A DNA stretch of 64,000 bases from Tubiluchus corallicola. Taxonomy: Eukaryota; Animalia; Priapulida. Shown in pieces: positions 62,691 through 64,000 of the stretch. Below the pieces are notes generated by a model. It was given only the letters and a program-made list of their open reading frames with translations, was not told the origin of the DNA and did no database searches. Position 1 is the stretch's first letter. Every line of letters begins with the position of its first letter. The DNA lies in contig JAQGDQ010000396.1 of the NCBI GenBank assembly GCA_030141605.1, positions 1 through 64,000 of the forward strand, given 5' to 3'. Made by a program: the position numbers and the translations under genes.

Positions 62691-63924
62691 CTAACTTTCC
62701 TGGTTCTGTGGCGAATAAGACGACACGTCCTCATTCTTTCCGGTGAAACGTTCTAATCGCCGACGTCGTATTTCGTTTAATTCTTCGTCATCGGATTTTA
62801 GGCCAGGAGTTTGTTCCTCACTTAACGTGTCGGACACTGATGCACTGTCTAGAAATAACATTCCATATTAGATGATTAAACAGAAACCAAGAAACACTAC
62901 ACTTTTAGAAAAAGAATTAACACAAAGAGTTCTTAAAATGTAAAATCACACTTACCCAAATGACATAAAATCTAAAGCTAATAAAAAGCCCTATAACATA
63001 ACTGAATGTAAAAGACAAAAATAAATGCAAACAAAAATGTTAGTAAGGTCATACAGGTAATAAAAAGATAATAATAATAATAATAAGGTAATAAGAAAAC
63101 ATGATTAGAGATGTTTTTTAAAACATAGTCGTTAAAATAAAATTAAGCTGTCATAAAGATTTAAAAAATGTGAATTTTGAATAGTAAAAATAACATCAAA
63201 ACACAAAAAGACATCAGCCATCGAAAACCTTACCAAATTGCAGTTTAAAAGTATTATTGGTGTTAACTGATGACCAGGCTAACACTGCACAGTTGTCGTA
63301 CTCAAGTATTACAATCAAGGAGATTTAATATTTTATATCCTAAAGTGACAGGTTTAAAAGCACAACTACCCTCATCAGCTGCCTACCTTGAGCAACAGAA
63401 TCAGGTACTATTGAATCTGGTTGACTAGATGTACAGGGTTGTATGTTTGCTTCCTGCAGCAACGTGGACTCACTAACTTTAGTTGACATTTTGGTGCTTG
63501 TAGCCATACTGGATTTTGGCAAAGTTTCTGATCTGGCTTGTGTTGTAGAAGAAGAGCTTTCAGCAGAAGCTATGCTCACTGATGTGGAAATGCTGTAAAT
63601 AAGAAAAAATTCATACAGTTTGCCATAAATTAGAAGTCCTTTCACGTTACAATGACAAGAGAATCTTGATTATTTAACGTCAACAATATCTGACTGGGAC
63701 AATTTCAGAACAAAATGTGCGACACAGAAACAATTAATACCTTAACGAATTTATCACAGCCGTGTACTGTTGCATCTGAAGCACAGCAGCATCTAGCAAT
63801 GTTTGGATATTACGCAGACACGTGACTCTCGCCTCCACATTTTGCCTCTCCCGACCTTCCATAGCTCGAACTTCAGAATCTGTCAGGCCGGCAAAACTTG
63901 GTGGTGGAGGTGGTGTTATTAAAC
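62691..63924 (-). CDS. SYVN1: E3 ubiquitin ligase synoviolin/HRD1, last three coding exons (63924-63741, 63592-63387, 62848-62691); 5' part lies beyond the window
   Basis: PPPSFAGLTDSEVRAMEGRERQNVEARVTCLRNIQTLLDAAVLQMQQY matches the HRD1 conserved C-terminal helix region (human FAGLTPEELRALEGHERQHLEARLQSLRNIHTLLDAAMLQINQY). The terminal exon has the p97/VCP-binding motif EIRRRRLERF. Splice phases are compatible. Confidence 0.92.
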
Positions 63925-64000
63925 CTGTGAAACAAGGGATATTAATCAATCAGCTCTCTAGCAGAATAATATTCGTAGTATTCAGTCCAGCAAAATCTAT

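Overview
AT-rich animal (probably invertebrate) nuclear genomic DNA with spliceosomal introns, microsatellites and decayed transposons; no prokaryotic systems. Five protein-coding genes are supported. In order: last exon of SCYL1 (+), FKBP12/FKBP1A (-, 2 coding exons), CFAP61 (+, 19 coding exons, about 1363 aa, one GC-AG intron), a D-type cyclin (+, 5 exons, 293 aa, 6 kb and 16.5 kb introns) and the last three exons of SYVN1/HRD1 (-). Mobile DNA includes three LINE remnants, a hAT MITE with a perfect 8-bp TSD, a pogo/Tigger MITE, a probable solo LTR and tRNA-derived SINE-like heads. The most interesting signals are mostly regulatory. They are a candidate compact FKBP12/CFAP61 bidirectional promoter whose RFX X-box sits in a duplicated tRNA-like repeat, and three ordered motif modules in the cyclin D introns: a triple fixed-spacing Sox-TALE composite, a perfect DR1+DR5 nuclear-receptor element, and a CArG/NK/GATA triad. 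Also notable are an FxCxE variant of the cyclin D Rb-binding motif and a microhomology-deleted local copy of a CFAP61 exon. Gene identities come from remembered protein motifs, not database searches; all regulatory calls are untested inferences.
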